Shown here: positions 24,945 to 38,359 of the stretch, one piece after another
How positions within the stretch are numbered: the stretch's first letter is position 1
Layout: each line of letters begins with the position of its first letter
NCBI GenBank assembly: GCA_964016885.1
Contig: OZ024764.1
Span: forward strand, 1,364,001-1,428,000
DNA: 64,000 bases
Direction of reading: 5' to 3'
Origin: Eledone cirrhosa
Lineage: Eukaryota
The notes under the pieces: model-generated
What the model saw: the letters and a program-made list of their open reading frames with translations, nothing else
Databases searched by the model: none
What the model was told of the DNA's origin: nothing
Made by a program: the position numbers and the translations under genes

Positions 24945-27900
24945 AGTCATGTAAGTGTCACAACAAAAAGAACCCAGTCCACACTGTAAACTAGTCATGT
25001 AGGTGTCACAACAAAAAGTACCCAGCCCACACTGTAAAGTGGTCATGTAGGTGTCACAACAAAAAGTACCCAGTCCACACTGTAAAGTGGTCATGTAGGT
25101 GTCACAACAAAAAGCACCCAGTCCACACTGTAAAGTAGTCATGTAGGTGTCACAACAAAAAGTACCCAGTCCACACTCTAAAGTGGTCATGTAGGTGTCA
25201 CAACAAAAAGTACCCAGCCCACACTGTAAAGTGGTCATGTAGGTGTCACAACAAAAAGTACCCAGCCCACACTGTAAAGTGGTCATGTAGGTGTCACAAC
25301 AAAAAGTACCCAGACCACACTGTGAAGTGGTCATGTAGGAGACACAGTATAAAGGCTCCCAGCTCACACTGTAAAGTAGTCATGTAGGTGTCACAACAAA
25401 AAGTACCCAGTCCACACTGTAAAGTGGTCATGTAGGTGTCACAACAAAAAGTACCCAGTCCACACTGTAAAGTGGTCATGTAGGAGACACAGTAAAAAGG
25501 CTCCCAGCTCACACTGTAAAGTGGTCATGTAGGTGTCACAACAAAAAGCACCCAGTCCACACTGTAAAGTAGTCATGTAGGTGTCACAACAAAAAGTACC
25601 CAGTCCACACTGTAAGTGGTCATGTAGGTGTCACAACAAAAAGTACCCAGCCCACACTGTAAAGTGGTCATGTAGGTGTCACAACAAAAAGTACCCAGAC
25701 CACACTGTGAAGTGGTCATGTAGGTGTCACAACAAAAAGTACCCAGTCCACACTGTAAAGTGGTCATGTAGGTGTCACAACAAAAAGTACTCAGTCCACA
25801 CTGTAAAGTGGTCATCTAGGTGTCACAACAAAAAGTACCCAGACCACACTGTGAAGTGGTCATGTAGGTGTCACAACAAAAAGTACCCAGTCTACACTGT
25901 GAAGTGGTCATGTAGCTGTCACAACAAAAAGTACCCAGTCCACACTGTAAAGTGGTTATGTAGGTGTCACAACAAAAAGTACCCAGTCCACACTGTAAAG
26001 TAGTCATGTAGGTGTCACAACAAAAAAGCTCCCAGTTCACACTGTAAAGTGGTCATGTAGGTGTCACCTCAAAAAGTACCCATTCCACACTATAAAGTGG
26101 TCATGTAGCTGTCACAACAAAAAGTACCCAGTCCACACTGTAAAGTGGTCATGTAGGTGTCACAACAAACAACACCCAGTCCACACTGTAAAGTGGTCAT
26201 GTAGGTGTCACAACAAAAAGTACCCAGTCCACACTGTAAAGTGGTCATGTAGGTGTCACAACAAAAAGTACCCAGTCCACACTGTAAGTGGTCATGTAGG
26301 TGTCACAACAAAAAGTACCCAGCCCACACTGTAAAGTGGTCATGTAGGTGTCACAACAAAAAGTACCCAGACCACACTGTGAAGTGGTCATGTAGGTGTC
26401 ACAACAAAAAGTACCCAGTCCACACTGTAAAGTGGTCATGTAGGTGTCACAACAAAAAGTACTCAGTCCACACTGTAAAGTGGTCATCTAGGTGTCACAA
26501 CAAAAAGTACCCAGACCACACTGTGAAGTGGTCATGTAGGTGTCACAACAAAAAGTACCCAGTCTACACTGTGAAGTGGTCATGTAGCTGTCACAACAAA
26601 AAGTACCCAGTCCACACTGTAAAGTGGTTATGTAGGTGTCACAACAAAAAGTACCCAGTCCACACTGTAAAGTAGTCATGTAGGTGTCACAACAAAAAAG
26701 CTCCCAGTTCACACTGTAAAGTGGTCATGTAGGTGTCACCTCAAAAAGTACCCATTCCACACTATAAAGTGGTCATGTAGCTGTCACAACAAAAAGTACC
26801 CAGTCCACACTGTAAAGTGGTCATGTAGGTGTCACAACAAACAACACCCAGTCCACACTGTAAAGTGGTCATGTAGGTGTCACAACAAAAAGTACCCAGT
26901 CCACACTGTAAAGTGGTCATGTAGGTGTCACAACAAAAAGTACCCAGTCCACACTGTAAAGTGGTCATGTAGGTGTCACAACAAAAAGTACCCAGTCCAC
27001 ACTATAAAGTGGTCATGTAGCTGTCACAACAAAAAGTACCCAGTCCACACTGTAAAGTGGTCATGTAGGTGTCACAACAAACAACACCCAGTCCACACTG
27101 TAAAGTGGTCATGTAGGTGTCACAACAAAAAGTACCCAGTCCTCACTGTAAAGTGGTCATGTAGGTGTCACAACAAAAAGTACCCAGTCCACACTATAAA
27201 GTGGTCATGTAGCTGTCACAACAAAAAGTACCCAGTCCACACTGTAAAGTGGTCATGTAGCTGTCACAACAAAAAGTACCCAGTACACACTGTAAAGTGG
27301 TCATGTAGGTGTCACAACAAACAACACCCAGTCCACACTGTAAAGTGGTCATGTAGGTGTCACAACAAAAAGTACCCAGTCCACACTGTAAAGTGGTCAT
27401 GTAGGTGTCACAACAAACAACACCCAGTCCACACTGTAAAGTGGTCATGTAGGTGTCACAACAAAAAGTACCCAGTCCACACTGTAAAGTGGTCATGTAG
27501 GTGTCACAACAAAAAGTACCCAGTCCACACTATAAAGTGGTCATGTAGCTGTCACAACAAAAAGTACCCAGTCCACACTGTAAAGTGGTCATGTAGGTGT
27601 CACAACAAACAACACCCAGTCCACACTGTAAAGTGGTCATGTAGGTGTCACAACAAAAAGTACCCAGTCCTCACTGTAAAGTGGTCATGTAGGTGTCACA
27701 ACAAAAAGTACCCAGTCCACACTATAAAGTGGTCATGTAGCTGTCACAACAAAAAGTACCCAGTCCACACTGTAAAGTGGTCATGTAGCTGTCACAACAA
27801 AAAGTACCCAGTACACACTGTAAAGTGGTCATGTAGGTGTCACAACAAACAACACCCAGTCCACACTGTAAAGTGGTCATGTAGGTGTCACAACAAAAAG

Positions 27901-28340
27901 TACCCAGTCCACACTGTAAAGTGGTCATGTAGGTGTCACAACAAACAACACCCAGTCCACACTGTAAAGTGGTCATGTAGGTGTCACAACAAAAAGTACC
28001 CAGTCCACACTGTAAAGTGGTCATGTAGGTGTCACAACAAACTACACCCAGTCCACACTGTAAAGTGGTCATGTAGCTGTCACAACAAAAAGTACCCAGT
28101 ACACACTGTAAAGTGGTCATGTAGGTGTCACAACAAACAACACCCAGTCCACACTGTAAAGTGGTCATGTAGGTGTCACAACAAAAAGTACCCAGTCCAC
28201 ACTGTAAAGTGGTCATGTAGGTGTCACAACAAACTACACCCAGTCCACACTGTAAAGTGGTCATGTAGGTGTCACAACAAAAAGTACCCAGTCCACACTG
28301 TAAAGTTGTCATGTAGGTGTCACAACAAAAAGCACCCAGT
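24945..28340. repeat. 48-bp minisatellite array 1 (~70 copies) with higher-order repeats
   Basis: Unit GTCATGTAGGTGTCACAACAAAAAGTACCCAGTCCACACTGTAAAGTG. It runs into an RTE/SINE tail at 28340-28495. Confidence 0.97.
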
Positions 28341-28624
28341 CCACTCTGTGAATGTTAGGAAGGGAATCCAGCTATAGAAACAAGGCCAGAATCAGTTCTG
28401 TGTGAACAAGACTCGGTCACCCAATCAATCTTGCCTCAAGTGGGAAAAACCCGTCTAAGCCATTCTAGCGAGGGACGTTAAACGGTGATGATGTTGGCTG
28501 CCGCCATTCTACTGAAGAATTCCAATGGAATGTAGGGGGGTGGGGGTAATTATCATCTTAAAGTTTAGAAGGTTAGAAATCATATCATTCCAATTAAGAA
28601 ACAATTTGGATGATTGATATCTCT

Positions 28625-29038
28625 GGTGTAGTGGTGGTGGTGTAGAGGTGGTGGTGGTGGTGGTGGTAGAGGTGGTTGTGGTGATGGTGGTGTTGGTGGT
28701 GCTGCTGCTGGTGGTGGTGGTGGTGGTGGTGTAGGTGGTGCTGGTGGTAGAGGTGGTTGTGGTGACGGTGGTGTTGGTGGTTCTGCTGCTGGTGGTGGTG
28801 GTGGTGGTGGTATAGGTGGTGCTGGTGGTAGAGGTGGTTGTGGTGTTGGTGGTGCTGCTGCTGGTGGTAGAGGTGGTGGTGGTGGTGGTGCTGGTGGTAG
28901 AGGTGGTTGTGGTGATGGTGGTGTTGGTGGTGCTGCTGCTGGTGGTAGAGGTGGTGGTGGTGGTGGTGGTGGTGATAGTGTTGGTGTTGTTGATTTTCTG
29001 GCGCCAACACCATCATTAAACACCACCACCACCACCAA
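28625..29038. repeat. (GGT)n-rich low-complexity tract with internal ~70-bp repeats
   Basis: GGT/GCT/AGA triplets. A shorter similar tract at 24865-24945 precedes array 1. Confidence 0.9.
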
Positions 29039-30600
29039 CACTGTAAAGTGGTCATGTAGGTTTCATGACTAAAAGCTCCCAGTCCATACTGTAAAGTGGT
29101 CATGTAGGTGTCACAACAAACAATACCCAGTCCACACTGTAAAGTGGTCATGTAGGTGTCACAACAAACAATACCCAGTCCACACTGTAAAGTGGTCATG
29201 TAGGTGTCACAACAAACAACACCCAGTCCACACTGTAAAGTGGTCATGTAGGTGTCATGACAAAAAGCACCCAGTACACACTGTAAAGTGGTCATGTAGG
29301 TGTCATGACAAAAAGCACCCAGTCCACACTGTAAAGTGGTCATGTAGGTGTCATGACAAAAAGCACCCAGTACACACTGTAAAGTGGTCATGTAGGTGTC
29401 ATGACAAAAAGCACCCAGTACACACTGTAAAGTGGTCATGTAGGTGTCATGACAAAAAGCACCCAGTACACACTGTAAAGTGGTCATGTAGGTGTCACAA
29501 CAAACAGCACCCAGTCCACACTGTAAAGTGGTCATGTAGGTGTCACAACAAAAAGCACCCAGTCCACACTGTAAAGTGGTCATGTAGGTGTCATGACAAA
29601 AAGCACCCAGTACACACTGTAAAGTGATCATGTAGGTGTCATGACAAAAAGTACCCAGTCCACACTGTAAAGTGGTCATGTAGGTGTCACAACAAAAAGC
29701 ACCCAGTCCACACTGTAAAGTGGTCATGTAGGTGTCATGACAAAAAGCACCCAGTACACACTGTAAAGTGATCATGTAGGTGTTATGACAAAAAGTACCC
29801 AGTCCACACTGTAAAGTGGTGATGTAGGTGTCACAACAAAAAGCACCCAGTCCACACTGTAAAGTGGTCATGTAGGTGTCACAACAAAAAGTACCCAGTC
29901 CACACTGTAAAGTGGTCATGTAGGTGTCACAACAAAAAGTACCCAGTCCACACTGTAAAGTGGTCATGTAGGTGTCACAACAAACTACACCCAGTCCACA
30001 CTGTAAAGTGGTCATGTAGGTGTCACAACAAAAAGTACCCAGTCCACACTGTAAAGTGGTCATGTAGGTGTCACAACAAAAAGTACCCAGTCCACACTGT
30101 AAAGTGGTCATGTAGGTGTCACAACAAAAAGTACCCAGTCCACACTGTAAAGTGGTCATGTAGGTGTCACAACAAAAAGTACCCAGTCCACACTGTAAAG
30201 TGGTCATGTAGGTGTCACAACAAACTACACCCAGTCCACACTGTAAAGTGGTCATGTAGGTGTCACAACAAAAAGTACCCAGTCCACACTGTAAAGTGTT
30301 CATGTAGGTGTCACAACAAAAAGTACCCAGTCCACACTGTAAAGTGGTCATGTAGGGGTCACAACAAAAAGTACCCAGTCCACACTGTAAAGTGGTCATA
30401 TAGGTGTCATGGTAAAAAAGCACCCAGCACTCACTGTAAATGAGGTTGGTGTTAGGAAGGGCATCCAGCTGTAGAAATCAAACCCAAATCATTTCCCGTA
30501 TGAGCAAAACATGGTCACCTGACCTAACATTGCCCACAACAGGGCAACCTGTCTAACCCATGCTAGCATAGAAGAACCGATGTAGAAGGGTGATGATTAG
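29039..30600 (+). repeat. 48-bp minisatellite array 2 (~29 copies) ending in an RTE/SINE tail
   Basis: Same unit with ATG/GCA variants, followed by GTTGGTGTTAGGAAGGGCATCCAGC..CCCATGCTAGC. Confidence 0.95.
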
Positions 30601-30613
30601 TATATATATATAT

Positions 30614-30995
30614 GCAAAAGTTTTATTTAAAATTGTTGGGTTACAAGTAAATATTTTATAACTGATATAAAGCACTCGACAAGTTTTTGGAGTAGATATA
30701 CGATATTAAACAAATGGAAACTATATTTATAAAACCATATTTATTTCATTATACATATTTCAGGGATACCATATTACAAATATGGCATGCCTTCGTCAGA
30801 TAAAATACAAGCCAGCTTCCTACCTTAATGGTCGCTTATATTTATGGTACGTCAAAATTATTTATAAAACTGTTTATATATTGTATTTTATCTGACGAAG
30901 GCATGCCATATTTTTAATATGGTATCCCTGAAATATGTATAATGAAATAAATATGGTTTTATAAATATAGTTTCCATTTGTTTAATATCGTATAT
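30614..30995. mobile_element. Family-D fold-back element with back-to-back hammerheads (- 30742-30807, + 30884-30949)
   Basis: Arms 30696-30810 and 30881-30995. Plus copy: TATTTTAT-CTGACGA-AGG.ATGCCATATT..AATATGGTAT.CCT-GAAA-TATGTA-TA^ATGAAATA. Confidence 0.8.
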
Positions 30996-31282
30996 ATATA
31001 TATATATATATATATAGATAGAGTCCAATGTAAATCACTAGATTTTCCTGATGGTTTATTTTGAAACAGTTCTAGTCCTGTAGAAGTAATGTCCAGAATA
31101 AAGTGAACAAGTATAACAATATCTATAGATTATGTCTCTATAGATATAGATATGTATAATAATATATATATGTATATATATATATCATGTATATGTGTAT
31201 ATAGTATGTATATGTGTATATGATATGTGTATTTATATATACATAAATATCATCATCATCGTTTAACGTCCATCTCTCCCTA

Positions 31283-31348
<66 letters not shown>

Positions 31349-31349
<1 letters not shown>

Positions 31350-31682
31350 CATCATCATCATCATCATTTTACGTCCACTTTTCCCTGCTTGCAAGGGTGG
31401 GACGGGAACTGATTCTGGCTTGATTTCTACAGCTGGATGCCCTTCCTAACACCAACCTCATTTACAGTGAGTGCTGGGTGCTTCTTTGCCGTGGCACCTC
31501 CACGACCACTTTGCAGTGGAATGATATGGACCCCAGTCCCTATCATCTCATTTCTACAGCTGAGTAAACTGGAGCAATGTGAAATAAATTATCTTGCTCA
31601 AGGAAACAACACATCACCCGGTCTGAGGATTGAACTCACAACCTTTCGATTGCAAGGCCAATGCTCTAACCATTAGGCCATG
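31349..31682 (-). mobile_element. tRNA-head SINE with an RTE family-2 tail (copies 37590-37905 -, 46191-46496 +, 52901-53261 +, 61247-61580 -)
   Basis: Reverse-complement A box TGGCCTAATGG and B box GAGTTCAATCC. The 3' end CCCACCCTTGCAAGCAGGGAAAAG.GGACGTAAAATGATGAT is shared with the RTE at 31977-33345. Confidence 0.9.
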
Positions 31683-31829
31683 ATATATATATATATGTAT
31701 GTATGTATGTATGTACGTTAAACGATGATGATGATGTTGCAAGAGATGTCAACATGAATGGACCTGTTATTTTTATCTAAAGACATTTATTTCCAATTCC
31801 ATCCCAATTCTATCTTATTTCTCATTCTT

Positions 31830-31865
31830 TCTTCTGATGAAGGACTAGCGTCCGAAACGTTAAGA
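31830..31865 (+). ncRNA. Minimal hammerhead-like motif (family C)
   Basis: TCTT-CTGATGA-A-GGAC(TAGC)GTCC-GAAAC-GTT^AAGA. Stem III is the palindrome AACGTT with no loop, so it could only fold as a dimer. Confidence 0.55.
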
Positions 31866-31945
31866 CCCTCTTCCTGCTATATCAAGCGTTAACCTAATAT
31901 ATTCCTTCCATGTACTGTACTGATTGTGTTGTTATTTCTGTTTAG

Positions 31946-31976
<31 letters not shown>

Positions 31977-32018
<42 letters not shown>

Positions 32019-33342
32019 TTTACGTCCGCTTTTCCCTGCTTGCAAGGGTGGGACGGGTCTTATTCAGCACAGCATCTCTCCACTTGTCACGGTCCCTCGT
32101 CATCTCCACCGTGAGCTTCAATGATCTGAGATCTGTTCTCACCACCTCCGCCCATGTTTTTCCTGGTCTACCTCTACCACGTCTTCCTTCAACTGGCATT
32201 TCCTGGCACTTCTTCACCCATCGGTCATCCTTCATGCGCATGACATGTCCATACCACCTCAGTCTCCTCTCCCGTACACTACATTCTATCCCTCTCAGAC
32301 ACAGTTTCTCTCTCAACACATTTATGCTGGGTCGTTCGCGCACATTTACACTGCACATCCAACGGAGCATGCTAGCCTCATTTCTCTCCAGCCGTCGCAT
32401 ATCCTCTGCGGTTGCTGCCCATGTCTCACTACCATGCAGCATCGCGCTCCTCACACAGGCATCATACAACCGGCCTTTCGTACGCAGGGAGAAACCCTTC
32501 TTCGTCAACAGAGGAAGCAGCTCCCTAAACTTCTTCCAACCCGTCCTTATTCTAGATACTATGGCCTCGGAACACCCTCCTCCCATGCTAATCTGATCTC
32601 CTAGGTACCGGAAGCTATCCACCACTTCTATAGCGCCCTCTCGCATTTGAAAAATGTGTCTATCAATGCGACTTCTACTGTCTAATTTCCCTGTACATCA
32701 ACTGCATACATATTTCTCCCTACCTGTTAGTTTGCCTGCTATCCCGCTACATCTCTTGTGTACCCAGGGTCTGCATTGTGTGCATTTTATAGAATTTATG
32801 CCAGTTCCTTTTCTGCATATCGAACATGGCCATTTCCATGACGGAATCAGGGTTTTGTCCTCTTTTCTACTCATCAACACTTTAGTCTTAGCTAGGTTCA
32901 CTCTCAGTCCTCTTGCTTCCAACTGCTGTTTCCATAGCCAGAATTTATTCTCTAGCTCCTCTACTGATTCTGCTATAAGAGCCAGATCGTCAGCATAGAG
33001 AAGTTCCCATGGACAGCCAGTCTTAAACTCCTCTGTTATGGCTTGGGGGACTATAATGAACAAGAGCGGGCTGAGGACCGAACCCTGATGTACTCCTACT
33101 TGTATCTGGAATTCCTCACTAAACTCCATTCCTACCCTGACTTTACTGAGAGTACCTCTGTACAAAGTTTGCACTGTCCTCACAAGCCATTCCTCAACAC
33201 CTAGTTTCCTTAGGGACCACCAGATGACAGATCGGGGTACCCTATCAAAGGCCTTCTCTAGGTCAACAAAGGCTAAGTATAGTGGCTTATTTTTCTCTAA
33301 GAACCTCTCTTGTAATTGTCTCACCAAGAAGAGGGCATCTGT

Positions 33343-33345
<3 letters not shown>
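31977..33345 (-). mobile_element. 5'-truncated RTE LINE (family 2), frameshifted
   Basis: ORFs 32698..33327 ([29 protein letters not shown], Cys/His insert) and 32020..32646 (FRYLG, RRLRWYGHV). (GAT)n tail. Confidence 0.95.
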
Positions 33346-33405
<60 letters not shown>

Positions 33406-33691
33406 TTATATATATATATTTATATATATATATATACATATATATATACATATATATATACATATATATATATATCAGAAACCCCAACACTGGACTTTAC
33501 CATCATTCCAGGGGTCCGGTGAGTATAAAACATTTATGCTTTCATATATTTTTATATCTGTATATCTGTTTGACCCGAAATAGGAGATTGGGTCTTCGCT
33601 GTGTGGATAATTAGTTGAACCACCATCTCAGTGTGTTTGGCCTTTAACGTAAGTTGTCAGCTCTAATTCTTTTGAATTATTGAGCGCTTGC

Positions 33692-34096
<405 letters not shown>

Positions 34097-34098
<2 letters not shown>

Positions 34099-34233
34099 AA
34101 CGAAGGAGGTGTTGTAAGGAACCAGATGGACCATAACGCACCAGAGTACTCAATACTTAGAGTAGTAGAGTGGGTAATAGGAAAATGTTTAACCCCGACG
34201 GCTTGAGCTCTACCGTCGGGGTTAAACATTTTC

Positions 34234-34240
<7 letters not shown>
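34097..34240. mobile_element. Short PLE-terminus-derived element ending in a hairpin (copies 38705-38880, 40481-40680, 46522-46720)
   Basis: ACGAAGG..GTAAGGAACCAGATGGACC..TAGGAAAA.GTTTAACCCCGACGG. The same sequence forms the ends of the GIY-YIG element at 46522-48845. All copies are next to (TA)n. Confidence 0.7.
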
Positions 34241-34282
<42 letters not shown>

Positions 34283-34340
34283 AAAGCTCTGAAACCATCA
34301 ACACGAAAAACACAGAGCTGGCATATCTAAGAACTGACTA

Positions 34341-34396
34341 ACTGCCTGATGAGGTCATAGCCATTCAATGGCTATCATCGAAATATATATAGCAGT
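34341..34396 (+). ncRNA. Minimal type I hammerhead motif (family B)
   Basis: ACTGC-CTGATGA-GGT.ATAGCCA(TTCAA)TGGCTAT.ATC-GAAA-TATATA-TA^GCAGT. Perfect 5-bp stem I, long stem II, palindromic stem III. Confidence 0.8.
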
Positions 34397-34437
34397 AAAT
34401 AAAGGATTATGAGTTCATGCAATTGACTTATGTTTCG

Positions 34438-34499
<62 letters not shown>

Positions 34500-34599
34500 T
34501 ATATATCTAATATCTATCTATATATGTATATATATAGATAGAATGATATGTGTGTGAGTGTGTATATATATACATCGATATATCCATATCTATCTATCT

Positions 34600-34643
<44 letters not shown>

Positions 34644-34808
34644 CAGAAGGGATATTCAATTTGTTGGCAATTCAACAAATAAAAATGTTTATAACTGATT
34701 CAGAGCACTCTACAGTATTTTCTGGAGTACAATATACAATGATATCCAAGGATAACTTGAAACGTTGAGGTATCTTTTCTTATGTCAAAATTTATAAAAC
34801 AAACTTTG

Positions 34809-34860
34809 TATTTTATCTGATGAAAGCATACCAAAGTTTTGGTACCCTTGAAATATATAT
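34809..34860 (+). ncRNA. Family-D hammerhead truncated at the stem I 3' arm by the adjacent RTE tail
   Basis: TATTTTAT-CTGATGA-AAG.ATACCAAAG.TTTTGGTAC.CTT-GAAA-TATATAT, then (CAT)n. Confidence 0.5.
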
Positions 34861-37320
34861 CATCATCATCTTCGTTTAACGTCTATCTTCCACGCTAGCA
34901 TGGGTTTGACGGGAGTTGTCCCACTTGAGGCAGGTTGGTCAGGTGACCGTGTCTCGCTCATATAGGACTGTCTGGCAGGTTTTCTACGGCTGGATGCCCT
35001 TCCTAACACCAACCACATTTACAGTGTGGACTGGGAACTTTTTACCGTGTTACCTACACGGCCACATTACAGCGTGGACTGTGTGTTTTTTTCTCGTGAC
35101 ACCTACATGATCTCGATCTCATTATCTCATTTATTTGGACTGGATGTTGTGGTACCAACTTTACAGAGAGAGGTTGGTGTTGGTGTGAGTGGGAGGATAG
35201 GGTAGGGGTAGTGGATTGGGGTGTATATTTGGTTAAGGGGTGCCCACTGACTGCAGTTTCACTTTGAACATAGGCAAGGCGGGTCTTCTGTATTACTGTG
35301 TAGCGCCAAAGATCTCGGTCCAGTGACATTGTCTTAGAGAGGTTCAAGTTTGTAAGGTCGGAACTTATCAGATCGTCCCAGGTTTTTCTGGGTCTGCCTA
35401 CTCCGTAGCTTCCATCAATTTTGATCACCCTGCACTTTTTTATACAGCTGTCGTCTTTCATGCGCATCACGTGGCCATACCAACGTAGTCTTCTTCTCTC
35501 AAGTAAACAGCATCTGATCCCTCTTATTCTTAATTTCTCCCTTAGTTCATTTATGCTTTGCCGTTCACGTATATTACTATTACAAATCCAGCGGAACATG
35601 CAAGCTTCGTTTCTCTCCAGTCTGCGTATATCCTCTGCACACAATGCCCAGGTCTCACTATGCCCAGGCCATGTAACATTGCTGTTCGTATGCAGGCATC
35701 ATACAATCTGCTTTCATTTTTAGAGAGAAACCTTTTGTGGCCAACAGCGGTATAAGCTCTCTGAACTTTTTCCATCCCGTTCTGACTCTAGCTACTGTAC
35801 TTTCAGAGCACCCTCCACCACTGCTGATTTCGTCACCCAGGTAACGGAAAGTGTCCACTATTTCTATAGAACCATCTGGGCAAGTCTATGTTCTTAGATA
35901 ACTTACCTGTGATCCCACTACATCTTTTATGTACCCATACTTTGCATTTGGGACATAAAATGGAATTTCTGCCTACTCCTTTCCTACACACTGAGCATGG
36001 CCATTTCCCTGAGGGTACCTGCGCCCTATTTTCCTTTCTACAAACTAGAACTTTAGTCTTAGACAAGTTAACTTTAAGGCCTTTTGATTCTAGGCCATGT
36101 TTCCATGTTTGGAATTTCTTCTCTAGTTCAGCCATTGATTCAGCTATAAGCGTTAGATCATCAGCGTATAGGAGTTCCAACGGGCAGCTGGTCTTCAACT
36201 CCTCTGTTATAACCTGAAGGGCAATAATAAATAGGAGGGGGCTAAGGACAGAGCCTTGGTGAACACCAACTTTTACACTAAATTCTTCACAATATTCATT
36301 GTTAATTCTAACCTACTGACTGTTTCATTATACATAGCTTGTATAGCTCTCATAAGCCATTCATCTACACCTAGTTTTCTAAGAGCCCACCAGATAATGG
36401 AGCAGGGGACTCTGTCAAAGGCTTCCAGGTCTACAAAAGCTAAGTAGAGGCGTTTACTTTTATCTAGGTACTTCTCTTGTAGTTGTCGTACAACGAAAAG
36501 AGCGTCTGTGGTACTTTTACCTGACACAAACCCAAACTGCATTTCATCTAGATCAATTCGTTCTATGATTAGTTGCGCTATAATTCTTTCTGTGACTTTC
36601 ATGACCTCGTCAACTAACTTAATGCCTCTATAGTTTCCCCTATCTAGAGCATCCCCTTTACCCTTGTAGCAGTTAATGATGATGCTGCTACGCCAGTCTT
36701 TTGGTATGACCCCATTCTGTATTACTTGGTTAACTATATGGGTGACCATAGCATGTCCCACCATTCCAGATGCCTTCAACATCTCAGCAACTATCTCCGA
36801 AGGCCCAGCTGCCTTGCCTGTCTTCATATCGTTGATTGCCTTACTTATTATACTACCTTTAACTTGCATCGATCTTGGATCGATTTGGGGCAGACTATCT
36901 TTTGCCCATTTATTCTCCTCATTTAATAGTCTCTCATAGTGACACTTCCAGGCTATCTTCTTATCAGTATCAGTGAGCGCAAGTACACCATTATCATTAT
37001 GGACACACTTCTCCCCGACAATATCACGGTTTTCCTTGACACATTGTCTAGCAATCCTGAACACCTCTCATTTTTGGTCCTCATGTTGTAGAACGTGCTT
37101 GAACTTTCTATCCTCTGCTTCCCTTTTTGCAAGGTACACTTGTCTCCTAGCTTCTCTCCTGGCCACTTGATAGTGCTCTCTACTTCCCCCATCCTGCCAT
37201 ACTTTCCAAGCATGCTTTTTGGCCTTGATTGTCTCTTCTACCTTACTATTCCACCTCCAAGTTACTCTCCTCCTGCCAATAGGTCTGCTCCAGCCACAGA
37301 TTTCATCCGTTGCTTTCAGC
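34861..37320 (-). mobile_element. RTE LINE (family 1), truncated and frameshifted, with full 3' UTR
   Basis: ORFs 36273..37064, 35833..36198, 35658..35858 and 35054..35644 carry RT motifs and are homologous to 7019-9125. Confidence 0.95.
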
Positions 37321-37380
37321 AATATATTATAGAATAAATATGGTTTTATAAATATAGTTTCCATTTATTTAATATCATTG

Positions 37381-37429
<49 letters not shown>

Positions 37430-37511
37430 ATATTAAATAAATGGAATATAAAACCATATTTATTCTATGATATTGCTGAAAGCAACGGATGAAATCTGTA
37501 TATATATTTAT

Positions 37512-37550
<39 letters not shown>

Positions 37551-37934
37551 CATATATATTTATATACACACATATACCATCATTTTCTTCAACATCATTT
37601 CATTTTACGGCCGCTTTTTCCCTGCTTGCAAGGGTGGGACGGGAACTGATTCTGGCTTGATTTCTACAGCTGGATGCCCTTCCTAACACTAACCTCATTT
37701 ACAGTGAGTGTTGGGTCCTTTTTTCCGTGGCACCTCCACGACCACTTTGCAGTCCCTATCATCTCATTTCTACAGCTGAGTAAACTGGAGCAACGTGAAA
37801 TAAAGTGTCTTGCTCAAGGAAACAACACATCACTTGGTCTGAGAATTGAACTCATAACCTTTCGATTGCAAGGCCAATGCTCTAACCACTAAGCCATGTG
37901 CCTCCATCATATATATATATATTTATATACATAT

Positions 37935-38357
37935 CTGTGCATGTGTATGGAAGGGGTACATCAGGTGTAGTTTTGGCAAATTTCGAGAAGCATGGAGGTT
38001 TTAAAGGATGCAGTGTCTCGACAGCTAACAACTGACACAGGTAGTTTGTTCCATGGAGGTTTTAAAGGATGCAGAGTCTCGACAGCTAACAACTGACGTA
38101 GGTACACACAAACTACCTGCATCAGTTGTTAGCTGTCGAGACACTGCATCCTTTAAAACCCTCATGCTTCCCGAAATTTGCTAAAACTACACCTGATGTC
38201 CCCCTTCCATACACATGCACACATGTGAATATCATGACTCATGCACTGTTCATTTTCCTGACGTTTGTACATTACCCTATGTACTATACATACACCTTTG
38301 ATGAGTTGTAGTGCACCTGAGCACTGTACACAATATTTTCATTATTATTATTATTAT
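37935..38357. mobile_element. Head-to-head inverted pair of CR1 3' ends
   Basis: 37935-38104 (-) and 38110-38357 (+) are reverse complements over the ORF end and UTR. The left arm has two 61-bp units. Confidence 0.8.
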
Positions 38358-38359
38358 AA

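Noticed and set aside
24945-30420. CRISPR-like appearance of the regular arrays
   Set aside because: Head-to-tail units with no unique spacers, no cas genes and a eukaryotic context.
31610-31682. tRNA-like sequences with A/B boxes
   Set aside because: SINE heads continuous with SINE bodies; no complete cloverleaf.
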